Source of the DNA: the human T2T-CHM13v2.0 reference genome, Homo sapiens
NCBI RefSeq assembly: GCF_009914755.1
Contig: NC_060941.1
Strand: one strand, 5' to 3'
DNA: 64,000 bases
Each line of letters begins with the position of its first letter. Position 1 is the first letter of the stretch. The notes below the pieces were generated by a model. It worked only from the letters and a program-made list of their open reading frames with translations. It was not told where the DNA came from and did not search any database. Of the stretch, positions 30,930 through 44,937 are shown piece after piece. Both the position numbers and the translations under genes were made by a program.

Positions 30930-31570
30930 GTTTGTTAATTCTATAAGTACTTATTGAGCATCCACTATATGTTGGACACTTATCAAGGTACTGGTAAGAT
31001 ACTGGTGAATACGACAAAAAGAAATTCCTGCTTATCTTCTAGTAGGGGAGATAGACAACAAATAAAAAGGGAAAAAAGAATGTATGATGTGATTTCAGGT
31101 TGTGATAAGTGCTGAGGAAAAACAAAGCACAACAGGCCAGTGGAGAGAAGAAGGCTTGAGAAAGGGTATTGGATTAGGCGTCAGGGAAGACTTTTCTGAG
31201 GAATTGACACTTGAGCAAAGACCTGAATGAAAAGAGGAAACAGGCCATCAACTCTCTGGGGAAGGAGTCCCAGGCAGATGTGACACTATGTGCGAAAGTC
31301 CTCAAGGTGGGAAGGACTGTGGCATGTTACATGAGCAGAAAGGCAGTACAGCAGGAGCTGAGAGATGGAGGGGAGAGTGTTAGGAGAAGATAGAAAGTAG
31401 GTAGTGGCCCAGTGCACCTAGGCCACGGGAAGGAGTTGGGATTTTAATCTGAACATGATAGAGCACCACTGGATACATATGATCTGAATTATATTTGAAG
31501 AAGAGCACTTCAGCTGATGTGCTGAGAAGGTACTTGTGGAGGGATCAGTAGAAACATGGAGTCCAGTTAG
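30930..31570 (-). mobile_element. L2 (L2a-like 3' portion)
   Basis: acttattgagcatccactatatg...gtcagggaagacttttctgagga...gagcaaagacctgaatga...ggccacgggaaggagttgggattttaatct. Confidence 0.8.
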
Positions 31571-31940
31571 TTTGCTTTTTGTTTTTGAGATCAGACAAGG
31601 GGTAATTAGGCCTAAAGTTACCAGGGCTCAGAAAATCTACATGCCTGGTTCCAAGCCACACTGTTGAAGTTTGGTCCCAATTTTCCAGATGTCATAATGC
31701 AATCAGTGCTGGCCATCTGAAAGTTTAGGGAACATGGCCTCTCGCCAAGAACGTGTTACTTGCCCAAACCTCACCTCTTCTCTCCCCATCCTGTTGTAAT
31801 CTTTGAACTAGGAAAATTCTAACATTGGATAGTTGATAACAAAATTGAAAGACTGTGTAAATACTCTTGAGTTAACAAGGTAAGGGATAAGCCTAATTTT
31901 CTTACCATTGGGCTCAAAGGCAATACCTTTGTCTGTTTTA

Positions 31941-32270
<330 letters not shown>

Positions 32271-32695
32271 TCACTGATGAGTAAATTTTAAAGCAAAGTG
32301 CAGATAGAGCCATGGGGAAAAAGAAAATAATAAGGATGAGGCAAGAAACAGAAACTGGAGATAAGGCAGTTCTTCTAAAAGGCACCCAGATCAGATGGGA
32401 AAATGCCAGCTCCTGCTTTCATGCAGTTTGCAATTAGGTTCCAATAGCTGTTTCTCCCTGAGGTCCATCTTCCCACAGTCCAGGGTCCTGCAGTTATCAC
32501 AATGTTTTGAATTGTGAAATCTCTCTCTCTGTCTCACTACTCTGCCTTTCATCTCTGAATGACTAATACTGTATGCAATGCGTAACATTTTAGGGACACT
32601 TTGCAATCATAGCACACAATGGCTACCCGTGGACCACATCTCTTTTTCAGGTTTGTTGGGCCTACAGAGAGTTTTTGGAAATTTGAATAAGCTGC

Positions 32696-33994
<1,299 letters not shown>

Positions 33995-34309
33995 TTTCAC
34001 TTTCATTTGAAAAAAAAAAAAAAGAATCAGAGTAGACACTGGGGCCATATTCTCACCTGACATCAGCCCGCAGGAGTGGGCTATTGACAACCCCCTGTGG
34101 TTAGACATGCTCCCTGAGTTTCTATTATTCCCCTCTCTGATTTTGTCTAATTGTTTATTCATTTGTGTCAACTGCTTCACTCTGCCATTTATGGTTACAA
34201 GTCCCATAGTAAACATTTGCTAGAATTATGTAATGACAATTATTTTGCTTGTGTTTTTGTTGCTTTTGTGTATGTTTAACCGAAGTCTCCTTCAGAGCCT
34301 AAAGGAATG

Positions 34310-34440
34310 TTGGAGATTATTTAATTCACCTATTTTACAGAGAAAACTGAAGCTCCCAAAAGTGACTTTGCCAGGTTCATACAAGTTGTTAAAACCCCAA
34401 ACTCAAGATTCTTCCAATTCAAGCCCTGCAGCATTTCTTT
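34310..34440 (-). mobile_element. MIR fragment
   Basis: cctattttacagagaaaactgaagctc...gtgactttgccaggttcatacaag. Confidence 0.7.
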
Positions 34441-34769
34441 GAGAATGAAAGCAAAGAAGAATTGGCCAACTCATGTCCCAGGAGACAATCTGGAAATATT
34501 TTTCTGTAAATCCATACCTCCCGTCTCGAGGAAAACTTAGCATTTTTCGAGTATTAGAAATCACCATGAACATTGTGCATCATTAGGCCCATGGAGAGCT
34601 TTTGCTTCTTCTGCAGAGGCTTTAGTGCAGTTGAAGATTTACCAGCACGTGCCAATGAGCTGTCACCGTGTCTTTATTCAAAAGGTCTCTGTCTACCAAC
34701 GGCATACTGCATACTGAGAAATGTACACCTTTTGGTGTGTGCTCAATAATTGAACCTGCACTTCTCATG

Positions 34770-34975
34770 GGGTTCCAGAGCCAGGAAACACATGTTCAAA
34801 TTCCAGCTCTGTCATTTGCTATGTGACTGGCCTTGGGCAAGTTATTAAATTCTCTGTGCCTCAGTTTTCTCATTTGCAGAATGGGTATTAGAATAAAATT
34901 TTAAAATAGTATTACATGAGTTAATAAATGTAAAGCACTTAGAATGGTGCCTGACTCAATAACATATATCTATTA
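34770..34975 (+). mobile_element. MIR
   Basis: ttcaaattccagctctgtca...ccttgggcaagttattaaattctctgtgcctcagttttctcatttg...aaagcacttagaatggtgcctg. Confidence 0.88.
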
Positions 34976-35059
34976 ATATTAATTATTATTATTATTATTA
35001 CTTTCACTCGTGTTCCTGCATAGATGCTTGTGGTTGAGTTGTGTTACCTAGATCTTGAA

Positions 35060-35289
35060 TTTGCATTCTCACTGGGTGCAATATCATTCCCAATAGGGAA
35101 AAAAATTTGTTTATTGGGAAACAAAAAAATCTTATTCTTTTAATGTATGAAACATAAACATAAAATATATAAACAGAAATACTGTGTACTTATATTACAA
35201 TTTCATGGGAGGATTGATTAGTTAAAAAAATGCCTAAGAAGCCTTGTTGGAAGAGTGAAAATGGGGGAAAAAAGGGTTGAGAAACACTG
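35060..35289 (-). mobile_element. MER112-like hAT-Charlie fossil
   Basis: Termini gcattctcactgggtgcaatatc and aaaaaagggttgagaaacactg. Confidence 0.72.
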
Positions 35290-35312
35290 TTTTAGAAGAA
35301 CAAGAGAAGACA

Positions 35313-35617
35313 GGCCAGGCATGGTGGCTCACACCTGTAATCCCAGCACTTTGGGAGCTGAGGCTGTCAGATCGCTTGAGGCCAGGAGTTCAAGACCAGC
35401 CTGGCCAATGTGGTGAAACCCCATCTCTACTAAAATTACAAAAATTAGCTGGGTGTGGTGGCATACGCCTGTGATCCCAGCTACTTGGGAGGCTGTGGCA
35501 CAAGAATGGCTTGAATCCAGGAGGCCGAGGTTGCAGTGAGCCGAGATCACACTACCACACTCCAGCCTGGGTGACACAGTGAGACTGTCTTAAAAAAAAA
35601 AAAAAAAAAAAAGAAAG
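35313..35617 (+). mobile_element. AluS (Sz/Sx-like)
   Basis: Full Alu with poly(A); degenerate TSD gaag..caagaga.gaca. Confidence 0.96.
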
Positions 35618-36093
35618 GAAGGGCAAGAGACGACAGGTCAAACATAATAAAGGGTTTCAAGATGTGATGGCAGAGCAGGAAACCAAGCACGGAGCCCTTC
35701 TGATTTCCAGATCCTTCCTGTGTGACTGTCCAGCATGTACACTGATGAAGGCAGCCCTGATGACGGGCAGTCTGTGGTGTCTCTGATGACTCTTCTGAGG
35801 GGTATCATAGGACAACTCAGGATGTCTCCTTTCTTAGTAACCTCCCTCATCATTAGGACTATTGCCCATAGTGTGGAAGGAAGGTAGAACCACCTTTTGC
35901 CGAGTTTAGCCTATTTTTCCTAGATTAGAAACAAACTGCTAATACCTGGGTAAAAAATGAAAGAGTTAGTGAAACTCAATGAGTGTTTCAGTGGTTTTGT
36001 TGCCTCCCTGCCAACCCAAGGTTTCGTCCTTTTGTGTATTAATTTGGTCTCCATTCTATGCTCTCCCAAAACATGAAAGTTCTTTTATTTTAC

Positions 36094-36399
<306 letters not shown>

Positions 36400-37262
36400 G
36401 CAAGTTCTTTTATTTTACAAATTTTATTTCTGATAATTTGAGATGAAAGCAAGTAGAGAGAAAAAAAAAGATTTCTTGATAAAAATGAAGCCTTCGGCTT
36501 CCTCCATATCTGACCCTCGTTCAGAGTTTCTGTTGCTGTTTAACTCTGGAGATTTGTAGGAGGAAATGACCTAAGTTTACTATGGGGCTTACGCAGAGGT
36601 CCTGCTCAGCACTGCCCAGGAGTACCGATTGCTAACTCTGTCCTTCCCTCTGATGCCAGGTCCCAAAAATAGCCCAGTGGGAACAACACAGCAGCCTCTC
36701 CCTCACGGCCTGCAAATCAAAGCCCTGATTAGGTCAAAGGATGGGAAATGTGGCTATATCGCTGCTCAGAGGCTCTTCAATGCCAAGGGTGTAGAAGCTT
36801 CCTGTTCCTTCAAATGTTGGGACAGAGCCGCTGGGCAGGCTTCACTCAGGAGACCTTGCTCCATCTCTTTTGAGTCCTTGAATCTGCTGGGGAGAAGCAG
36901 TTTTCCCGTAGAAGCCTTTGAGTCCCTAAGATTCTGGAAGTCCAGGGAAGAGCACTTCAATTTGTAATTGCAGACATCTGACCCAAGAAAGGCTGGCCTT
37001 GCTGGAGATGCCTCACTCCCTAGGAAAATCAATTTTGGTTTATTTCATGGAAGAAATAAGACCACTGAAGATTTTTCCTTCTTTCTCATTTCTGGTGGGC
37101 ACACTTGAAAATGGCAGCTAGTATCATTGTAATGTCACCTTACAGCTTATATCAAAAGCGTATAAAAGTCTTTGCCCCATAACTAAAGGGCTCCTTTGGG
37201 GTGTGGGGAGGTATTGAGGGGAAGTGACAGAGCAGAATAAGGAGGGGTATAAAAATCCTCTA

Positions 37263-37977
37263 TGTCTTAGTCCGTTTGGGCTGTTACAGCAAACATATCA
37301 CAACAAAGAGTCTTATACACAACAGAAATTTATTTCTCGTAGATTTGGAGGCTGGGAAGTCCAGATCAAGGCACGAGCAGACTCAATATCTAGTGAGGGC
37401 CTACTTGCTCATACATGACTGATATGGTTAGGCTTTGTGTCCTCACCCAAATCTCATCTTGAATTGCAATCTCCAGGTGTCGAGGGAGGGACCTGGTGGG
37501 AGGTGATGGGATCATGAGGGCAGTTCTCCCCATGTGGTTCTCATGATAGTGAGTGAGTTCTCACAATAGCTGATGGTTTTATAAGGCAGTTTTCCCTGCT
37601 CTTACTCACTCTTCTCTTTCCTGCCATCATGTGAAGAAGGTTCTTGCTTCCTCTTCACCTTCTGCCATGATTGTAAGTTTCCTGAGGTCTCCTCAGCCAT
37701 GTAGAACTGTCAGTCAATTTTCTTTATTAAAAAACCCAGTCTTGGGCAGTTCTTTATAGCAGTGTGAAAATGAACTAATACAATGACTCTCTTCTCATTG
37801 TACCCTCACATGGCAGAAGAGGTGAGGGTCTTTTGGGGGTCTCTTTTATCCTATTCCTGAGGGCTCTGCCCCCTTGACCTAATCACCTTTCTAAAATTGG
37901 CCTCCTAATTCCATCACCCTGGGCTTTAGGATTTCAGCGTATGAATTTGGGGGAATGCAAACATTTAGACCATTGCA
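37263..37977 (-). mobile_element. Solo LTR, MLT1A0-like, split by MSTA
   Basis: tgtcttagtccgtttgggctg...gaggctgggaagtccagatcaagg, resuming after the insert and ending aaacatttagaccattgca; TSD ctcta/cttta. Confidence 0.85.
37420..37782 (+). mobile_element. Solo LTR, MSTA-like, nested in MLT1A0
   Basis: tgatatggttaggctttgtgtcctcacccaaatctcatcttgaattg...gaactaataca; perfect 5-bp TSD atgac at 37415-37419 and 37783-37787. Confidence 0.9.
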
Positions 37978-37985
37978 CTTTATAA

Positions 37986-38205
37986 CAAGGATTAGTAAAT
38001 GATGCCCCAATCCTCCCCCACCCCCCACACCTGTGTTTGTAAATATACTTGCACTGGGATTTTCTTTTCCATGCTTATTCATTTGTGTATTTTCCATGGC
38101 AGCTTTCATAATACAAAGGCAGAGCTGAGGAGTCCTGATAGGGATCACGCGTCCCACAAAGCCTAAAATATCTGGCTCTTTACAGAAAAAGCCTACTGAT
38201 CCCTG
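37986..38205. mobile_element. MER58A hAT-Charlie fossil
   Basis: ggcagagctgaggagt...cacaaagcctaaaatatctggctctttacagaaaaag...tgatccctg. Confidence 0.8.
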
Positions 38206-38269
38206 CTTTATAATAATGGCCATACATTTAGTGTTTCCTATGCTGTGTACATTATATAGCTTTTCTCAT

Positions 38270-38450
38270 TCAGGTCTCTCAACAATAGTGCAAAGTGGAT
38301 ACTGTTCTCTCCACTTTTCAGATGGGGAAGGAGAGGAAAAGCTTGTTCAAGGTCACGCACATGGTAAATGATAAGGCTGGGTGTGAATCTATAGCTGTCT
38401 GATATTATGATTTTTTTTTTTTTTCTAGCACACTGCATTGCCTCACAGCT
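38270..38450 (-). mobile_element. MIR
   Basis: tctccacttttcagatggggaa...cttgttcaaggtcacgcacatggtaaatga. Confidence 0.65.
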
Positions 38451-38477
38451 AAATTCCCATTGGATTGTTGGTCTGAA

Positions 38478-38697
38478 TCACCGATTGAAAAATCAAATGT
38501 CTTCAGGGACCCGGCAGGATCCCGAAGGACGCCGCTCTAAGCCAGAGGGAGCGGTGTGTGTTGTGGCTGAAGTGGAAAATACAAGCCCAGTTTAAGGGCA
38601 TTCAAACATGAATTGTTTTTTTTAAAGCCGTGCGAGTCAAACAAAACATGTCAGCAGTTCTTATTAGGCTAACAGGTTGCTGGTTTGTGACCCTTGG
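38478..38697. mobile_element. Possible hAT-Charlie-type DNA transposon fossil
   Basis: tcaaatgtcttcaggg..ggcagg and caaacaaaacatgtc...ggtttgtgacccttg resemble Charlie-family termini; subfamily uncertain. Confidence 0.45.
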
Positions 38698-38994
38698 ACC
38701 GATCCTCAACCAGGTTGGGCAAGGGAAACGATGATATGCTGAGAATGGAAACCAGACCGCCCATTGGTCTCCCCCTCCGGCCCCGGTTCACTTCTTTGGG
38801 AACATCTTAGATGGCTGCATGGAGAAACACGGACCTTTGGCCTGTTTTTTTCCTCCGAGCTCTGCCACCTAGTCTTGGTATGACTTCAAGCAAATAGACT
38901 AACCTCTATGAGCTTCCGATTTTTCATCCTTTAAAACTGAGATTTACTTATCTCACATTTATTGGTCCATGGTGTGCGTCAGGAGCTGCACTGG

Positions 38995-40341
38995 TCTTGG
39001 CTTATCTCAGGAAATGGCAACTCCATACTTCCACTTGCTCAGAGAAAAACCTTTAGTGTGCTCCTTGATTCTTCTCTTGTTATTACACCTATGACCAATC
39101 TGTCAGCACAACCTGCTGTCTCTGTATGCAGTAAGCATCCGGAATCTGAACAATTCTCATTTCGATCACTAATGAAACCGTGCCCCAAAGAGTTAAAAAA
39201 AATGACTAGCAAATATTCTTGAGTTTGCAGGATGGCAGAGAAGGAAAAGAAAAACAACTTGCCGAAAGGCTGAAACTCCTTCTGCTTGCAAGATGTCAAA
39301 ACTGACTAAAATTGGCTAAAACCAATTTGGCCAGCTAGAGTCTGCACACAGAACCAGCTTGTTGACATCACAACCCAAATTTCCACTGCAGGTTTTATAC
39401 TAATTCCACCCTCAAATTTACACATACAATCTATGGGGTAGCATGGAGAAGTGCATGTGCTAGAAGACTTTCCAGACCTCCCCTTTGCTTCTACCCATCA
39501 TAGATGAATCCCAGAATCCACTTTGTAAACCTTTTGTAATAAAATGACTGCCGTAAAACCAGCATGAGGAGACAGATTTGAGCTAAACTCCTGTCTCCTT
39601 GAAAAGCTCAATGAAAAGCTTTTCTTTTCTCAAAAACCCAATGTCATATTTTTGGTTTCTAGTGCACCGGGCAGCAAGTCCTTGGACTCTGTAACACTAA
39701 CACCTAAGCTCCAGCCTCCATGGTAGCTGACCTGGATTACGGCAATAGCCTCCTTACGTGGTCTCCCAGGTCCTTGAGTTTGTTCTCAACCCAGCAGCCA
39801 TAGAGACCCTGTTAAATAAGTGAGACCATGACATTCTTCATGCTTTCTCCTTTCACAGAAAAAAACTAAGTTTTTACAATGACCTTCAAGGTGCCAATGA
39901 TCTGCCTCCTCTCCTGCAACCCTTTTTCCCTGCTTTTGCGATCTCATCTCTGGTTCTCTGACCTGCGCACTCCTCTCTAGCCAGTGCCCCTCTACCTCTC
40001 CGTCAAGCACACTAGGCAAGCTCCTACCTCACAGCCTTCAGGCCTGCTTCTTCCGCCTGGAAAACTCTTCATCTAGATAGCCGCAGGGCAACTTCTTCAT
40101 TGCTTTACTGCATCTTCTAAGTGAGGTCCTCCCTAACCATATAATTCAAATTGCGTGCCCCCTATTTACTCCTCTTTCCTTTGTTATCTTCCTCCCTAGC
40201 ACTAATCATTACCACATAGCATATGATTTATTTATTTATATTGTTTATTGTCTGTTTTCCACAATAGCAGCCAAAGAATTGTGCTCACTGCTGTATCCAC
40301 AGCACCTTATAAGGTGCCCCATCTACAGTGCATGTCTAATA
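38995..40341 (+). mobile_element. L2 3' portion, interrupted by an ERV1 LTR
   Basis: ggaaatggcaactccatacttccacttgctcag...ggcaatagcctcct...gtgctcactgctgtatccacagcacc. Confidence 0.78.
39173..39696 (+). mobile_element. Solo LTR, MER34-like (ERV1)
   Basis: TG...CA ends (tgaaaccgtgcccc...ctgtaaca); perfect 4-bp TSD ctaa at 39169-39172 and 39697-39700; subfamily tentative. Confidence 0.78.
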
Positions 40342-40443
40342 CTTTGAAGTTCCTTTTCTTCTTTCCTTTCTCTTTCTCATCAGAAATAAATTTTCCCCAC
40401 CACACCATTTTATTTACTCTATTAGAATTGAATTAAAATTATT

Positions 40444-40742
40444 TTAAGAACCTCGGCTGGGTGCGGTGGCTCACACCTGTAATCCCAGCACTTTGGGAGA
40501 CCAAGGCGGGTGTATCACCTGAGGTCAGAAGGTCAGGAGTTTGAGACCAGCCTGGGCAACATGGTAAAACTCCGTCTCTACTAACAATACAAAATTAGCC
40601 AGGTGTAGTGGCATGTGTCTGTAATCCCAGCTACCTTGGGAGGCTGAGGCAGGAGAATCGCTTGAACCTGGGAGGCAGAAATTGCTGTTAGCTGAGATTG
40701 TGCCACTGCACTCCAGCCTGGGCGACAGAGGGAGGCTGTCTC

Positions 40743-40773
<31 letters not shown>

Positions 40774-40805
40774 CGTGCTCTACCAACTGAGCTAGCTGGC
40801 TGGGC
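40444..40805 (-). pseudogene. tRNA-Lys(CTT) 5'-half retropseudogene, interrupted by an Alu at the anticodon arm
   Basis: Reverse complement of 40771-40805 reads GCCCAG(CCAG)CTAGCTCAGTTGGTAGAGCACGAGA and continues after the Alu as TTCTTAA (40444-40450). Compare tRNA-Lys-CTT GCCCGGCTAGCTCAGTCGGTAGAGCATGAGACTCTTAA. No 3' half is present. Confidence 0.85.
40455..40770 (+). mobile_element. AluSx-like inserted into the tRNA fragment
   Basis: Full Alu with ~28-nt poly(A); TSD aagaacctc / aaaaatctc; small internal duplication aggtcaga. Confidence 0.96.
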
Positions 40806-40877
40806 TTCTAAATTACAATTCTTTTCATTTCAAAGATCTGTGGCCAATGATAGGCAGCTAACTTTGAAACATATGCC

Positions 40878-41375
<498 letters not shown>

Positions 41376-42049
41376 TTCATTGTTTGGGTTTGTTTATAAA
41401 AGCAGTGCTAGGTCAAAGAATGACTAGGTAAAATGAGGTAATGAAAGACAGCTGGGGAATGGGATGAAGCACACCTGTATTCAATACCCACCTCCGCTCT
41501 TGGGTGATCTTGGATGCATCACTTCTCAGCCTTGAAACTTGGGTTCCTTAGCTCCAGGGGTACAGAACCAAATGATCTCTAAGACCCTGACCCATCTGAA
41601 CCTCTGGTTAGTTTATTTTTGAACTTGCTTCTTTCGTTGTGTTCTAGGACTGTCTCCCAACACTTACATCTCAATACCCCCTTCCCTCTTTGCTTTGTGT
41701 TCCTCAATACGAAAGACCTGTGGTTGCTATCTGGATGTCTCCCATCTCCAAACATGTTCCCATTGGAAAAAAAACAGTACACAATATGTGTTTGCTTTAC
41801 TCACTTATATATTATATATGTGTGCTGCTATATAAACATACGCAATATGTATTCAAAATGGAAATTCAAGCTCAGATAATAAAACAGCGATTCTAACTTG
41901 GGTTTACCCCATTGAATACCACTTATCTGAACTCAAGACAGGCAACTCTCCCTAACTCTCTCCTAAACACTGACCCGTTTTCCAGAAAAATACTCATTTT
42001 CTTTGAGAGCTAAGCATACTTTCTAAAAACAACTGATTAAATAAATTCA

Positions 42050-42230
42050 GGGAACATCATCCTCCTTGTATTGAGCACTTACTACATGTCAGGCACTAAG
42101 CTCAATGCTTCTTACGTACATAAATCTTATTTATTATTTACAGGAATACTGTGCAGTAGGTATAATTGTCCCATTTTGCAGATCGGAAAACTGAGGCACA
42201 GCTAGGTTATATAACCTGCTCTTATTTGCT
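42050..42230 (-). mobile_element. MIR
   Basis: tattgagcacttactacatgtcaggcact...cccattttgcagatcggaaaactgaggcacag. Confidence 0.85.
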
Positions 42231-44055
42231 TAGCAGAAAATAGGTAAAGCTAGCACAATGGTAGAACAACAAGAAATTTTTGCTACAACCTAATGAAGGC
42301 ATTTCTAAGGATATTTTCCATTAAAGAGTAGCTCTTTAGCAAAATTGAATAGTATTGATTTCTAATCGTAGAATTTCAATGAGATTTTCGGCAAGGAGTT
42401 CTATCCTAGTGCCACTCAATGTATAAACCTGAATTGTTTCTATTCTGCATAGAGACAGGGCCTAGGATTCTGAGGTTAGGGGCATGATTTCTTAAGTGGG
42501 GTCTGGCCTGTCTCATGACACCGCCCTGCTTCTCTGGGATCTGGTAGTGGTAGGAGCAGAGAATTTTCAACTTGCGGTCAGACCCAGAACTTCAGGACTG
42601 ACATGGTTAATTAGAACTACTGTGGTAGCTGGAAAGGGAGAGATATATCTGGAAACAGCCCCCAAATTGCTTACATCACATTTAAAACTGTCCGTGTCCC
42701 TCATGGAGTAGCTTACGAAGCTGAAAGCATGGGTGCTTTTTATGATAACTAATTTTCTTTATGATTTTCCCCACAGTTAACGTGTATCTAAGATTCACAT
42801 GTGCTTTATCCAACACACAATTAGTTGACATAGGATATGGAAAAATCTCTTGTTCGCATTTGTTTACTTGATGCATCAACTGACAGAATGTGGTTACTTC
42901 TGTAGTCTCCGAGGAGCTGAAAAAAAATCTCAGAAATCCGACTTTATGAAGTTAGGTTTTCCGCCACTGAGAAATAGCTTCATGTTAAAGGTTTGTTTAC
43001 AAGGAATTGCTGTTTCCACTTGCTGGAGCAGCTCTTAAACATTTTTTTTTTTTTCTAAAGTTTTTTTTTCCAACCACTAAGTGGATCTAAACATTAAGTG
43101 TTTCTGAAGTTGGTTTTCCAGCTCCTGGACTACTATTAACTTCTGCTGGGATGAAACAGAAGGCTGCTGCCTCCACTTAGCCATCCGTAATGTAAGAGTG
43201 TAATATTTTGAAGAATTTTAAAAAAGGGCTTACTGCGCAATATTTATATTTCATTCACATCAGCACAGGACAGTGTTGACACAAAGTTCCGTTGTTGTTG
43301 TTGGCTGCGCCTTTTTTGCTTCCATCTCACGGCGCCCAACTTCCCGCTCCCACTGATGGAAGAAGCTATATCTGCTCCAAGCAAGAGGCCAACCTGATAA
43401 ACCCAGACAGAGCAGAGCCCACAGAGCCTCTGCTTCTTAAGAGGAAAAATTGAGAGATACTTGTACAGGTCTGTTTGAAAGGAGGAATGATAGAAAACTC
43501 CTTCCTGACCTTAGAATCAAGGCACTTTGAGAGTTAGATGTGTCTCCCTCTCTCCCAGAAGTGAGGAAAATGAAGTGTGCTGTGGTTTTCCATAAAAAAT
43601 CCGTATTTCACACTTGCTTATGATTGCAATTATCAGATATTCTCAAGGAATTTCTCACATTATGTTCCAAAAACCAGTTAGAGTTAGAGTGTGCATTGGT
43701 AATAATGGTAACCATGATGGATAAAGAGAAGTTTGCAGAACAAAACTCCAGTACCCCCCAGGCTTAACACCTTCTGTTAGACTCCATTATTTGAATGCAT
43801 GCTCATAATAGATCCCCAATGAGCAAGAAGATTTTTATATCACTTTCTCCCTCCTTGTCTTCTCCCTGCACCACACATCTGCATTCACCCACATGTATAA
43901 ACACTCTTCTTTTTGCTCAGCTTTTCAGCTGCACTCTTCCCCAAATTCACAGCCACTGGCAAAAGTTGCTGTTGTTATCAACCATAAATAAATATCCTCA
44001 AAAGACCATTATCATCTTACGTTGACTTTTAAATTCTGTTTATATCTGGGAATTC

Positions 44056-44152
44056 AGGAAAGAGAGAGAGAAAAAGGAAGGAAGGAAGGAGAGGAAAGAA
44101 AGAAGAGAAAGAAAAAAGAAAGAAAGAAAAAAGAAAAGGAAAGAAAGAAAGA
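44056..44152. repeat. Purine-only compound microsatellite (GA/GGAA/GAAA)
   Basis: About 95 bp of A/G only, seen directly. Confidence 0.9.
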
Positions 44153-44897
44153 CTTTATGAATACTTTCTGTAGGCTCCTCTGGAACCAAGATTAGTCCCC
44201 AAGTAGTAGAGACAGAATAGAGTAAAAAATAAGCTATGTGTGGCTCTCATGAGACTAATTTAGACTTTCATGACTTCTTTTTTCCCTTGATTTTTCTTTA
44301 AAACTGGAGGCAAAACAACAAAAATAAGCCAAGCTCAGGGCTGATATCAGGTTGTTTTGATTGTAAGAACATAACCTTGCCAATATTGTACCAACTCCAC
44401 TCTATGTAGGCATGTTGTTCTTTGGCTCACTTAGAGATGAAGAAATGAAGGTTCATGGATTTTTGAGTCACTGGCTAACCCACCTTCCTCCCCACCACTC
44501 TCTCTGTTGCCAGCATATTCTTCATTCAGCCTTTGTCCCATGAGGGATATAAATTTAGAAGAGAAACCTGTAGGTAATTAACAGTCCGGCATGTCTGTCA
44601 TTCCTTTGATAAAATGTGTTGGGTGTGGTTTCTCAGCATGCAGTTGATAAAATGCATTGGTGGTGTTCCATTTCATTTGACTTTCCATTAGTTTTTTTTT
44701 TCTTTTATTTTCCAACGAGGATGTGTTAATGGCCAGCTTCTGTTTTCAATCATGGGGGACATTTCTATGGATTTATTTTTACATTTTCCAATAAGAAACA
44801 TATTCTGATCCTTTAAAGGTTAAAAGTAAAGTATGAAAGGGTGAGTGACAGAAGAAAAGCTTCCCTGCTGGCTTAAATTAGCAGAAGTGTATGTACG

Positions 44898-44937
44898 TGT
44901 GTGTGTGTGTGTTTGTGTGCATGTGTGTTTGTGTGTA
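44898..44937. repeat. Imperfect (TG)n microsatellite
   Basis: Seen directly. Confidence 0.8.

Noticed and set aside
36629-37032. Overlapping 112-aa and 88-aa ORFs in unique sequence
   Set aside because: No recognisable protein similarity, and the lengths are within the range expected by chance.
38858-38880. CTCF-like tgccacctag motif
   Set aside because: It is a partial match lying in MIR-derived ctctgccac sequence and lacks the rest of the CTCF core.
40771-40805. Functional tRNA gene
   Set aside because: Only the 5' half is present, with no B box or T arm and a 4-nt duplication in the acceptor stem, and it is interrupted by an Alu. Reported as a pseudogene.
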